Source of the DNA: the human T2T-CHM13v2.0 reference genome, Homo sapiens
Length of the DNA: 64,000 nucleotides
Reading direction: 5' to 3' (one strand)
Assembly (NCBI RefSeq): GCF_009914755.1
Contig: NC_060947.1
Position 1 is the first letter of the stretch. Each line of letters begins with the position of its first letter. Below, one piece after another: positions 1-24,699 of the stretch. The position numbers and the translations under genes were made by a program. A model generated the notes under the pieces. It made no database searches. It was not told the DNA's origin and saw only the letters and a list, made by a program, of their open reading frames with translations.

Positions 1-285
1 TGGAAGCAAAGCAAATGACAATGATTTTTAAATTTATTTTTATTTTTTGTAGAGATGGGGGTGTCTAGCTAGGTGGCCCGGGCTGGTCTCAAACTCATGG
101 GCTCAAGCAATCCTCCAGCCTTAGCCTCCGAAAATGCTGGGACCACAGATGGGAGTCACCACCGTACCCATCCATACAACTTTTTTTTTTTAATGTGAGA
201 CTACAAAATTATGAGGACATATCATATATTTGGAAAACTAAGGTAGAAAATCTCTACTTGTGATTGTTTTAAAAGTGTATTCATT

Positions 286-576
<291 letters not shown>

Positions 577-1019
577 CTAATGATTAAATACTGTAGGGAA
601 GAGCTTACCACAATTGCTGGCCCATGGCCAATGCTGGGTATAAGACAGCTACTGCAAACAACCATGATGATGATACATCTCTTGTGTAGGGTTAGGTTGT
701 TTGAGACACATTCTATGCTCCTTGATTTGATTGGAGGGTACCTTGGTTCCTTGGGGACTTGGAGGTGACGAAAGCCTCCCTGGGGACAAAACTCACCTTC
801 ACTTCTCTAATATCAAGCTTCAGCAACCTGCTCCAGCTACAGCACAGGGTTGGACAGGCCCAACAACAGAGGAAATCCACAAAGTGTGTCTTGACACATA
901 CATCCACGGGGTCTAACGAGGTGAGGCCAATGACTGCTTCCACACACCCCAGCCAGACTCTGACTTCACTCCCGGCAGGTTTCAGTAGACTTGGCAGAAG
1001 TTGGAGCGAGCTGGCTTCT

Positions 1020-2501
1020 TGCGGTAGGCAGCCATGTTGGAAGAGCTCCCAATAGTCCTCGTTTCCTGGTAATCTCATGCTTGGATCATCTTCTTCTCTT
1101 GAGTGAAGAGAAGAACTGCAGAGAGAGACAGAGACAGAGAGACAGATCACAGGGGCAGTTTCCCCCATACTGTTCTCAAGATAAATGAGTCAACTCTTAC
1201 ACCTCTTTTCTCTGGTGTAAAACAAGGCTGGTGAACAGGCAGAGAGAACTGGGGTGTTGGAGTAGCATTGACCTTCCTTCTTCATCCCTCTATAATCTCT
1301 CCTAGTGCAGGAGTAGGAAAACTAAAAATCACACGTCTGATCATCTGTGATCTCAGAGTCTTGGACAAGCCTTGCTTGCCAATCAGCAGGGATGGGAGTT
1401 GGAGCCATCTCCAAGTGTCCCCCCACAAATCTATGTCCACCTGGAAGTTTCAAATGCAACTTTATTTGGGAAAAGCAATTTTGCAAATGTTATTAAGTGA
1501 AGGATCTAGGGATGAGATCATCCTGGAGTAGGGTGGGTCCTAGGTCAAATGACAGGAAATCTGCCCACCTCGGCCTCCCAAACTGCTGGGATTACAGGCA
1601 TGAGCCACCAAACCTGGCCTATCATTGATTTAATGATTAATACGGTTAGGCTCTGTGTCCCCACCCAAATCTCATCTCAAATTGTAATTCCCATGTGTCC
1701 AGGGAGGGAGCTTGTGGAAGGTGATTGGATCACAGGGGCAGTTTTTGTCATGCTGTTCTCATGATAAATGAGTCAATTCTCAGAAGAGATGATGGTTTTA
1801 AAGTGTGGCACTTCTTTGCTTTCTTGCTCTCTCTCTCTCCTGAGTAGACTGGCTCATTCTTTCTACTGGTTACAAGCAATAGAAGTGATAACAAAATTGA
1901 TGGTTTCTCATTTCCTAAATGGTACCAGTGGACTCCTGGTTTCCTCTCTCTCTCTTCTCTCTCTCTATCAACTTTTCCCTCAATCTCTCTATCAACCTCC
2001 CTCTCTCTCAATCTCAATCTCTCTCAGTCTCATTCTCAATCTCTTTTGCTCAATCTCTTTCTCAGCTTCTCTCCCTCAATTTCTCTTTTGCAACTTCTCT
2101 CTCTCAGTCTGTGTCTCTCAATCTCCCTCTCTCAATCTCTCTTGTAGTCTCCCTGTCTCTCATACTCTCTCTGTTTCTGTCTGTCTCTGCCCTTGCTCTA
2201 GGGAAAGCAAGTTCTTATGCTGTAAGTTCTCCTGTAAAAAGGTCCACATGATACGGAACTGGCCATCTTTGGCCAACATGAGTGAGTTTAGAAGTGTGCC
2301 TTTCACCAGTTGAGCCTTCAAATGAGATCCCAGCCCTGGATGACACAGTGACAGTAACCTGCTAGGAACTGTGAACCAGAGGCACCCAGCCAAGCTGCTC
2401 CCAGACTCTCAACCCAGTGAAACCATAAGATAATAAATGCATGTTGTTTTAAGCTGCTAAGTTTGGGGGTCACTTGTTACACAGCAACAGCTGACTCATA
2501 C
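1020..2501 (+). mobile_element. MLT1F-like MaLR LTR, interrupted by other MaLR (MLT1/THE1/MST-like) and Alu fragments and CT-rich sequence
   Basis: Starts TGCGGTAGGCAGCC...CCCAATAGTCCTC...CCTGGTA; ends AATAAATGCATGTTGTTTTAAGCTGCTAAGTTTGGG...TTACACAGCAACAG...ATACA; THE1/MST-like CTCTGTGTCCCCACCCAAATCTCATCT at ~1650. Confidence 0.7.
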
Positions 2502-2733
2502 ATTTTCTTTGAAATTGATTTCCACTTCTGTCACCAGCATCATTCCATAAATTTGCTCTATGTGCATTGCTGACCTGCAGTAGAAGTTTTGGAGAAGTGA
2601 ACCACATCCCCTTATCTGCCATTTGACAGCAAGCAGCCTCAAACATTCATAATTTCTTTCCTGACTCTCCACTCCACACTGTTGCCTGCCTTCCTGGTTC
2701 CAGATCTTTGGATCTGGACTGACACCTGGGCAC

Positions 2734-5675
2734 TGTCATAGGCATCCGTGTGAAGAGACCACCAACAGGCTCTGTGTGAGCAATAAAGCTTTTTAATCAC
2801 CTGGGTGCAGGTGGGCTGATTCTGAAAAGAGAGTCAGCAAAGAGTGGTGGGATTATCATTAGTTCTTATAGGTTCGGGATAGGTGGTGGAGTTAGGAGCA
2901 ATTTTTTGTGGGCAGGGAGTGGATCTTACAAAGGACATTCTCAAGGGTGGGGATGATTTTACAAAGTACCTTCTTAAGGGCGGGGGAGTATATTACAAAG
3001 TACCTTCTCAAGGGTGGGGATGATTTTACAAAGTACCTTCTTAAGGGCGGGGGAGGATATTACAAAGTACCTTCTCAAGGGTGGGGGTGGATATTAGAAA
3101 GTACCTTCTTAAGGGCGGGGGAGGATATTACAAAGTACCTTCTCAAGGGTGGGGGTGGATATTACAAAGTACCTTCTCAAGGGTGGGGGAGGATATTACA
3201 AAGTACCTTCTCAAGGGTGGGGATGATTTTACAAAGTACCTTCTTAAGGGCAGGGTGGATATTACAAAGTACCTTCTCAAGGGTGGGGGTGGATATTACA
3301 AAGTACCTTCTCAAGGGTGGGGATGATTTTACAAAGTACCTTCTTAAGGGCGGGGGAGGATATTACAAAGTACCTTCTCAAGTGTGGGGGTGGATATTAC
3401 AAAGGACATTCTCAAGGGTGGGGATGATTTTACAAAGTACCTTCTTAAGGGCAGGGGAGGATATTCCAAAGTACCTTCTCAAGGGTGGGGAGGATATTAC
3501 AAAGTACCTTCTTAAGGGCGGGGGAGGATATTACAAAGTACCTTCTCAAGGGTGGGGGTGGATATTACAAAGTACCTTCTTAAGGGCGGGGGAGGATATT
3601 ACAAAGTACCTTCTCAAGGGTGGGGGTGGATATTAGAAAGTACCTTCTCAAGGGTGGGGAGGATATTACAAAGTACCTTCTCAAGGGTGGGGGTGGATAT
3701 TACAAAGTACCTTCTCAAGGGTGGGGATGATTTTACAAAGTACCTTCTTAAGGGTGGGGGTGGATATTACAAAGTACCTTCTCAAGGGTGGGGGAGGATA
3801 TTACAAAGTACCTTCTCAAGGGTGGGGATGATTTTACAAAGTACCTTCTTAAGGGCAGGGGAGGATATTACAAAGTACCTTCTCAAGGGTGGGGGAGGAT
3901 ATTACAAAGTACCTTCTCAAGGGTGGGGATGATTTTACAAAGTACCTTCTTAAGGGCAGGGTGGATATTACAAAGTACCTTCTCAAGGGTGGGGGTGGAT
4001 ATTACAAAGTACCTTCTCAAGGGTGGGGATGATTTTACAAAGTACCTTCTTAAGGGCAGGGTGGATATTACAAAGTACCTTCTCAAGGGTGGGGGTGGAT
4101 ATTACAAAGTACCTTCTCAAGGGTGGGGATGATTTTACAAAGTACCTTCTTAAGGGCGGGGGAGGATATTACAAAGTACCTTCTCAAGGGTGGGGGTGGA
4201 TATTACAAAGGACATTCTCAAGGGTGGGGATGATTTTACAAAGTACCTTCTTAAGGGCAGGGGAGGATATTCCAAAGTACCTTCTCAAGGGTGGGGAGGA
4301 TATTACAAAGTACCTTCTTAAGGGCGGGGGAGGATATTACAAAGTACCTTCTCAAGGGTGGGGGTGGATATTAGAAAGTACCTTCTCAAGGGTGGGGAGG
4401 ATATTACAAAGTACCTTCTCAAGGGTGGGGGTGGATATTACAAAGTACCTTCTTAAGGGCGGGGGAGGATATTACAAAGTACCTTCTCAAGGGTGGGGGT
4501 GGATATTAGAAAGTACCTTCTCAAGGGTGGGGAGGATATTACAAAGTACCTTCTCAAGGGTGGGGGTGGATATTACAAAGTACCTTCTCAAGGGTGGGGA
4601 TGATTTTACAAAGTACCTTCTTAAGGGTGGGGGAGGATATTACAAAGTACCTTCTCAAGGGTGGGGGTGGATATTACAAAGGACATTCTCAAGGGTGGGG
4701 ATGATTTTACAAAGTACCTTCTTAAGGGTGGGGGAGGATATTACAAAGTACCTTCTCAAGGGTGGGGGTGGATATTACAAAGTACCTTCTTAAGGGCAGG
4801 GGAGGATATTACAAAGTACCTTCTCAAGGGTGGGGATGATTTTACAAAGTACCTTCTTAAGGGCGGGGGAGGATATTACAAAGTACCTTCTCAAGGGTGG
4901 GGGTGGATATTAGAAAGTACCTTCTCAAGGGTGGGGATGATATTACAAAGTACCTTCTCAAGGGTGGGGGTGGATATTACAAAGTACCTTCTCAAGGGTG
5001 GGGATGATTTTACAAAGTACCTTCTTAAGGGCGGGGGAGGATATTACAAAGTACCTTCTCAAGGGTGGGGGTGGATATTACAAAGTACCTTCTCAAGGGT
5101 GGGGATGATTTTACAAAGTACCTTCTTAAGGGCGGGGGAGGATATTACAAAGTACCTTCTCAAGGGTGGGGGTGGATATTACAAAGTACCTTCTCAAGGG
5201 TGGGGATGATTTTACAAAGTACCTTCTTAAGGGCGGGGGAGGATATTACAAAGTACCTTCTCAAGGGTGGGGGTGGATATTACAAAGTACCTTCTTAAGG
5301 GCAGGGGAGGATATTACAAAGTACCTTCTCAAGGGTGGGGATGATTTTACAAAGTACCTTCTTAAGGGCGGGGGAGGATATTACAAAGTACCTTCTCAAG
5401 GGTGGGGAGGGTGTGTTGTACAAAATACATTCACAAGGGTGGGGGACTATCAGAAAGTACATTATCACAAGGGCGGGGAGGGTGTATTGTCACAAAGTCA
5501 ATTGATCAGTTAGGGTTGGGCAGGAACAAATCACAATGGTGGAATGTCATCAGTTAAGACAGGAACTGGCTATTTTCACTTCTTTTGTGGGTCTTCAATT
5601 GCTTCAGGCCACCTGGATGTATACGTGCAGGTCACAGGGGATATGATGGCTTAGCTTGGGCTCAGAGGCCTGACA
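2734..5675 (-). mobile_element. HERV-H LTR7-family solo LTR with internal VNTR
   Basis: Minus strand begins TGTCAGGCCTCTGAGCCCAAGCTAAGCCATCATATCCCCTGTGACCTGCACGTATACATCC and ends CTCTTCACACGGATGCCTATGACA; 5-bp TSD GGCAC at 2729-2733 and 5676-5680. Confidence 0.93.
2910..5410. repeat. 33-34 bp minisatellite (roughly 70-75 copies) inside the LTR7 U3 region
   Basis: Unit CTCAAGGGTGGGGGTGGATATTACAAAGTACCTT and variants. Confidence 0.97.
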
Positions 5676-7399
5676 GGCACTGCTTACTCACTGATGAGTC
5701 TCCGTTGGGGCTTACTTCCAGGACTCCCTCAGCAGGGGATTTTTCTGCTTCAAGGGCTCATGCTGGGCACATGAATGGAAGGGTTGATTCCTCCTGGAGG
5801 CGTCGAGGGAGATGCCTCCAAAAGGAGGAACTGACTCTCTTTGACCAACGTCACATGATAGCAACCTGCCAGGAACCAGGAACCAGAGACACGTATCCAA
5901 CCAAAAGGCACCTGCCTCTTCCCCAGCTCCTGCTGGTTTGTGGGGCAACCCTGGGAGTCCTTGTCTTGCAAATGTGTTGTCTAGCTCTCCTCCTGAATGA
6001 GGCATCACCTGCATTCTCCACCTGCGTTCTTTGGAAGAGCTTTGCAGCCTCTCAGGAGAGCTGCTCACCTGTCCCCCCTGCCTGCTCATTGCCCTGTGCA
6101 AACCAGAGTCCTGAGACACTCCCCAAAGGTTGGTCCCTACCAACCCAGGTTGCCTCTTATTTCTTGCAACAAGACAGCAAAAGACGCTGCAGAAGGATCG
6201 CTTACCTTGTTTGGAAAGAGAGCCCACCCTTTCACCTCGCTGGCAAACATTTTCTTGTGTCCTAATGAGAACCCCAAGGAATACCCCGGGATGTGAGGAG
6301 AGGGAGCGTCCGCCCGGCGGCCCGCCCCAAGGAGCCTGAGGCTGTCCTGCACACATCACCACACACACTCTCTGCATTGCAGTCCCATGTTTATAGAGAA
6401 GATTACAGGTGAGTTTCCAAAATCCCAGCCCATGCTGCCCCTACCTGACGATGTTTGATTTCCGAATTCCTTTAATTTCAGCAAATGGATATTGGCTGTG
6501 GGTCAGCATAGATTTTTTCCGGTTATTTAAACAACATTTCAGATGCTTTTCCTGGCATCATTAGCTGAATGCTTCTACTGACAGCTGGAATCATTCAAAC
6601 ATCTGAGACAAGAGAGTGAACAGGACGTTCACTTGTTACCGTGTCTCCTCGCTTCTCAACCACCACCCCTGAAATTCGCAGACTGTCACTCTGGGGAGCC
6701 TGTGAACGTGGCTGAACGCAAACGGATTTAAAACTTGACAGGTGTTTCCAGCATGGAAAGGAACAAGGACTATAACGGCGAATAATAATAATAATAATAA
6801 AAGACAAATTAGGGATCAAGATCCAGTCTGTTTTTGTCTCATTTATAGTCTTTTCTCCAAGAGGTTGTAGGCTGGTACCATTTCACTAGGTTAAAAGCCT
6901 ACGGTGTCAAGAGGTGCTAAGCTTTGCTGCTGTCTCTTGCTTGGCAAGACAAGCTCCGAGTCTTTCTGGAACTGACAATTGTGTGTGGGCATTTTCTTGT
7001 TTCTGGGGTTCTTTGCATGCATAGGGGCTGATCTTTGATATCCACTCTGGACTCCTCTCTGCAAACCTCTGGACATGCCACAGACAGCAGCTGTAACTTA
7101 CTGAGGTCAGCCTGCTTACAACCCACGTACCAACCCCATGGAGGTGATTGTCGTATGACTAACAGCAGGCAGTTAAGGAGAAAGTCATGCTTTACAAACG
7201 AGTCTGTGACTAGAAATCACAGGACCTGATGAATCCCTCAGAAACCCAAGAGGGATGGACTAACATTAAGGGGTTGTGGACTGTCCAGCCGTGCAGGGAC
7301 GGTCTCCAAGAAGATGCTTTAGACACAACGGTGAATTCTGCAGGCGCTAGTTTGCATGCATATTTAGGCGTAGATATTCAAATGCATGAAGGATGTCAG

Positions 7400-7703
7400 T
7401 TTTCTTTTCTTTCTTTTTTCCTTCTTTCTTTCTTACTTTCTTTCCTTCCTCCCTTCCTTCCTTCCTTTCTTCTTTCTTTCTTTCCTTCCTTCCTGCTTTC
7501 CTTCCTTCCTTCCTTTCTTTTCTTTCTTTCCTTCCTTCCTTGCTTCCTTCCTTCCATCTTTCTCTTTCTCTTTCTTTCTTTCTTTCTCTCCTTCCTTCTT
7601 TCCTTCCTTCCTTCCCTTCCCTTCCTTCCTTCCTTTTTCTTCTTCTTTCTTTCTTTCTTTTTCTTTCCTTCCTTCCTTCTTTCTCCTTCCTTCCTTCCAT
7701 TTT

Positions 7704-7742
<39 letters not shown>

Positions 7743-8113
7743 CTCTCTCTCTTTCTTTCTTTCTCTCTCTCTTCTTCCTTCCTTCCTTCCTTCCATTCTT
7801 CTCTTTCTTTCTTTCCTTCCTTCCTTCCTTTCTTCTTTCTTTCCTTCCTTCCTTCTTTCCTTCCTTCCTTGCTTCCTTCCTTCCATCTTTCTTTCTTTCT
7901 TTCTTCCTCTCCTTCCTTCTTTCCTTCCTTCCTTCCCTTCCCTCCTTCCTTTTTCTTCTTCTCTTTCTTTCTTTCTTTCTTTCTCTTTCCTTCCTTCCTT
8001 CCTTCTTTCTCCTTCCTTCCTTCTTTCCTTCCATTTTTCTTTCTTTCTTTCTCTTTCTTTCTCTCTCTCTCTTTCCTTCCTTCCTTCCTTCCTTCCTTCC
8101 TTCCTTCCTTCCT

Positions 8114-8164
<51 letters not shown>

Positions 8165-8222
8165 CTCTCTCTCTCTCTCTCTCCCTCTCTTCTTCCTTCC
8201 TTCCTTCCTTCCTTTCTTTTTA
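7400..8222. repeat. (TTTC/TTCC)n polypyrimidine tract, expanded tail of the minus-strand Alu at 8222-8496
   Basis: Tetranucleotide runs leading directly into an antisense Alu. Confidence 0.9.
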
Positions 8223-8223
8223 A

Positions 8224-8433
<210 letters not shown>

Positions 8434-8566
8434 TGATTCGCCCACCTCAAATTCCCAAAGTGCTGAGATGACAGGCGTGAGCCACTGTGCCTGGCCAAGA
8501 GTGCCAGTTTTCTAAACACGGGCACACACTTAATTTAATCTACAAATGTTTAAAAATGAGATGTGC

Positions 8567-8891
<325 letters not shown>

Positions 8892-9059
8892 AGATATGCA
8901 ATAGAGTTAATAACCATTTACTGTATTCTTGAAAATTGCTAACAATAGATGTCAACTGTTCTCAACAAAGGAAAATGGTAAGTATGTGAGCAAAGGCCAA
9001 TGTTAATTAGCTCAATGTATCCATTCCACAATATTTATACACATCAAAACTTTACGTGC

Positions 9060-11067
<2,008 letters not shown>

Positions 11068-11270
11068 TCAGTGAAAATCTGGTTTCCTTTGAGCAGCCTA
11101 GATTTCTTTTTCTGACAGAAGCCTTCCTTTTTCCAACATGCTTACTGGTCTGACTGAATTCTACATAAAACCCTCACCATTTTTTTTTTGTTTGTTTGTT
11201 TTGAGACAGAGTTTTGCTCTTGTTGCCCAGGCTGGAGTGAAATGGCTTAGGGCTTGGAGGGAAGCTCTTA

Positions 11271-12342
11271 ATGAAATATTCTTAGAAGCTTGTCAGTAGC
11301 CTGGGTGTCCTAAGATAATTGTGTGTATATACACATACATACATAATGTATATATGTGTATATATATAATTATAAATAATATATATAATATATAGCATAT
11401 ATTATATATAATAATATAATTTATATATAAATTATATATAGTGTAATATATAACATATAGTATATATAGCATATATTATATATAATTATGCACATAATAT
11501 ATATTTTATATATTATGCACATAATATATGCATACGTATAGCATATATTATATATAATTATGCACACAATTATGCACACATAATATACGGTATATATACT
11601 ATATGTTATGTATAGTATATTACACTATATAATATGTTATATGTAGTATATATACTATATATTATATAAACGATATAATAGTTATGTTATATATTATCTT
11701 ACATTATGTATATATTATATAGAATAATTATATATACTATATATACTATATATACTATATATACTACATGTAATATATAATATATAGTATAGTATATTAT
11801 ATATAGTATAGTAATTATATAATATAGTATATTATACATAATATATATTATAATATATAATGTAGTATATACTATATATTATAATATATAATATAGTATA
11901 TACTATATATAATATATAGCATATATTATATATGTAATTCCAGGCTAATACATAATATATATGTTATATATATTATATATAATTCTAGACTAATATATGT
12001 TTGTATAATATATACAAATGTTTGTTCTGTTTTTTCTATATATAATATATATTCTAGGCTGAAATATATATTTGTGATATATAATATTTTATATATGTAT
12101 ATATTATATATTTATAGTATATAATTTATTTACATATTATATATTTATAACATATAATTTATTTAATTTGTAATATAATATATTTAATTTACAATATATA
12201 GTATATTTAATTTCTAACATATCTTATATATTTACATATTAAATATATTTATTATATATGTATTTATATATATATATTTCAGCCTAGAGGACAATTATCT
12301 GAGGACGCCCAGGTTACTGACAAGTCTCTGAAGATGTTTCAT
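11271..12342. repeat. AT-rich tract bounded by 52-bp inverted repeats
   Basis: 11271-11322 matches the reverse complement of 12291-12342 at 43/52 positions. Confidence 0.85.
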
Positions 12343-12365
12343 ATATATATAGATTTATCTGTGAT

Positions 12366-15255
<2,890 letters not shown>

Positions 15256-15262
15256 TCATGTA

Positions 15263-15611
<349 letters not shown>

Positions 15612-15696
15612 TCATATATGTAGATACCTATATATATCATGTCATATATATATGTGATCCAATTTGCTAACATTTTAGATGTATCTTTATAGATAA

Positions 15697-15697
<1 letters not shown>

Positions 15698-15739
<42 letters not shown>

Positions 15740-15749
15740 ACACGCACAC
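15698..15749. repeat. (CA)n microsatellite, probably the CA-SHOX/DYS290 marker
   Basis: CA run ~14.5 kb upstream of exon 1; marker name from memory, not verified. Confidence 0.7.
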
Positions 15750-19065
<3,316 letters not shown>

Positions 19066-19162
19066 TCCTTGACTCCCAGCTCCTTCTAAACAGCTCCTGC
19101 ACCCCATCTCCTTCTCTCTCCCTCCATCTCTCTTTCTCTCTCTCACTTTTTCTCTCTCTGTA

Positions 19163-19700
<538 letters not shown>

Positions 19701-19889
19701 CCCAATCACTGTCAGACTCCCAGCCTTTCAGTCTACTTACCGTCTTGTGAGATTGTATCTGATTTTCGACTGATGTATTTCCTGATTGGCTGTGTCCTCC
19801 AGTAAGATGGGAACTCGGTGAGAACAGAGAATGTACTTCTGTATTTCCCTCTCGTGTGCCTGGAAGACAAGCAGGTGCTCGTCTAAGTG

Positions 19890-20411
19890 GGTGGATCTGT
19901 TTCTTCTTGCTGCTGTAAAAAGTGATCCTAAATGCAATGGTTCCAAACGGCACCTCTTCATCATCCTACGGTCACTGTGAGTCAGACATCAGGCACAGCG
20001 TCGCCAGCTGCATCCCCTCCTCAGAGCCTTCTATGGCCACAATTATGAGATCCACGCAGTAGGCTCTGACTGAGGGTCCTAAGAGATGGTCCATGTCCGC
20101 ATTCAGGCAGGTCATTTGCCCAAGCTCAGTTCCTTGGGGTTGCAGGAATGAGGTTCCCAATGCAGGACCTGGCTTTGCTCTTGGAGGTGCTCATGGTCCT
20201 TCTCCTGCCCCCACCTGGGACCCCTGTAGCAAGGGCAGGCTGAGTTTCTCTGTGCTTGGAACCCTCCTGATGCCGTCTTCTCCTTGTCTCTCTGACTCCA
20301 GGCACAGAAAGTTCTTTGCTATGGAGAGCGCATCTGATTAGATTGGACCCACTTGGATAAGTTTGGCAAACTGAATCCCATCTTTAAAGTCCCCTTTGCC
20401 ATCCAAGGTCA
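19890..20411 (-). mobile_element. MLT1-type MaLR LTR (continues at 23270-23363 after the MER39B insertion)
   Basis: GATTAGATTGGACCCAC...AAAGTCCCCTTTGCCA and ACAG.TTCCGGGGATGAGG...GGATATCT motifs. Confidence 0.6.
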
Positions 20412-23269
<2,858 letters not shown>

Positions 23270-24172
23270 GTAAGACAGTCACAGCTTCCGGGGATGAGGG
23301 TCTGGATATCTCTTTTTTTGAGGGGGGTGGGGAGATGGGGGCTGGCGTGATTCCATCCCCCACAGGGCTCAGGTACTATTTAATCACTCACAGAATCTGC
23401 AAACAGGACCCTTTCACAGCTGGCTTGATCCTGATGCCTGCCTGCGGGCAGTGATGCCTTCAGAGCTCTGTGAGTCTTTTTCCTCCGGGGAACACAGGAG
23501 TGTCTCCAGCATTCTGGGAGATCAGATCCTCCTAAAGCACCGCAGCCCGTTTTGCAGCAGAAAGGATTTTGGGAAAGCAAATGAGCAGAATAAAAGCTGC
23601 AGAGGGTGAAAATGATGGTGTCTCCCTCCAGACCGCAATGGTGTCAGGTACCCTCTGGACCCCCAGGTTGTCACCTCCCCTCCAGACCCCTACGTTCTCA
23701 TGTCTCATGTCCCCTCCACACACCCACGCTGTCATAGCCCTGGGCATCGTGGCCTGTGTGCAGAAGAACCTCTCGTCCTTGGAGACCCAGAGTCCCCAAA
23801 TCACCTGGCCACACGGGGGACCCCAGTCTTTCTGGTCCAACCTGGCTGCACCCTGAAGTCACGGAGACCTAGAGACCCCAAAACATGTCCCCCAAAGACA
23901 CCTTACTGCGCCCTGGTGCAAGGGGCCCCACTCCCAACCTGGAAAGCTGCCTTCCTGACTCCCACACAGACCCCAGACCCGCTGGGAAGGCCCTGGGCGT
24001 TTCAGAACTCCCCTGGCCAAGCTCCTGAAACCCCAGGAACTGTGACTCCTCTGAAAACAGGGGTGGGAGTCACTCCCACCTCCCCGCTGCCAGACCCAGG
24101 GCTACAGGGTCGCGGAGGCAGCCTCAACAGGTGTGATAGGATGACAGCTGAGGCCAGCAGGCACACAGCATA

Positions 24173-24652
24173 ATGAATGAATGAATGGATGGGTGAATGA
24201 ATGGATGGATGAAAGGATGAATGAATGAATGGATGGATGAAAGGATGAATGAATGAATGGATGAATGGATGAATGGATGGCTGAATGGATGAAAGGATGA
24301 ATGAATGAATGGATGAATGGATGAATGGATGGCTGAATGGATGAATGGATGGATGAATGGATGGATGAATGGATGAATGGATGGATGAATGGATGGATGG
24401 ATGGATGAATGGATGAATGAATGAATGGATGAATGGATGAATGGATGAATGGATGGATGAATGGATGGATGAATGGATGAATGAATGGATGAATGGATGG
24501 ATGAATGGATGGATGGATGGATGAATGGATGGATGAATGGATGGATGAATGGATGAATGGATGAATGGATGGATGAATGGATGGATGAATGGATGAATGA
24601 ATGAATGGATGGATGAATGGATGAAGGAATGAATGGATGAAGGAATGAAGTG
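24173..24652. repeat. (TGGA/TGAA)n tetranucleotide tract
   Basis: Visible directly. Confidence 0.95.
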
Positions 24653-24699
24653 AACCCAGGGCAGTCCCCTGCCTGCAGTATCTCCCCACACACCTCAGG

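Noticed and set aside
713-1168. 151-aa minus-strand ORF with CCAACATGGCTGCC, resembling a retrogene start
   Set aside because: That motif is the reverse complement of the MLT1F-like LTR 5' end at 1020; no recognisable protein
2908-5513. Repetitive ORFs and a CRISPR-like regular array
   Set aside because: The units abut directly with no unique spacers and there are no cas genes; this is human DNA and the ORFs are translations of the LTR7 minisatellite
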